A stretch of DNA of 64,000 nucleotides from Podarcis gaigeae (lineage: Eukaryota), in assembly GCA_964106915.2 (NCBI GenBank), contig OZ066922.1. The stretch is one strand, 5' to 3'. The notes below the pieces were generated by a model. It was not told the DNA's origin. It was given only the letters and a program-made list of their open reading frames with translations, and searched no databases. Made by a program: the position numbers and the translations under genes. Shown here one piece after another: positions 63,904-64,000 of the stretch; position 1 is the first letter of the stretch, and each line of letters starts with the position of its first letter.

Positions 63904-64000
63904 AAAAATAATATAAATAACAGCAACCCCCCCAACACAATACTCTAGCCCATGAATCTTTTTAGTAGCCTTAGCTTTTGTAGCTGGTGTCAGTCAAGGG

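Overview
Vertebrate nuclear DNA, almost certainly from a squamate reptile and probably a lacertid lizard (full-length Sauria SINE, RTE-BovB 3' fragments, MIR-derived and CR1-tailed SINEs). I found no credible host protein-coding exon. The window looks like a large intron or gene desert. It contains many transposon insertions, most with visible target-site duplications (TSDs): hAT and Tc1/mariner MITEs, BovB, CR1 and L2 LINE fragments, SINEs and five solo or partial LTRs. Several repeat-free, TAAT-rich blocks resemble conserved non-coding elements, and there is one 180-nt assembly gap. The main finding is three LTR-like elements with no obvious DNA similarity (8097-8921, 34218-34652, ~46760-47260) whose U3 regions carry a reading frame of shared architecture: acidic/Ser-Pro-rich, then [ST]PxxRR, then an Arg/Lys-rich motif. 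The youngest copy shows synonymous-codon evidence of protein-level constraint, suggesting an LTR-encoded protein or Pol extension. Also notable are a ~154-bp satellite with an AAB higher-order pattern inside a Tc2-like transposon, an LTR carrying an octamer/CRE/CCAAT/TATA promoter cassette, and several templated-junction signatures. Family names come from recognition of sequence and structure, not from database searches.
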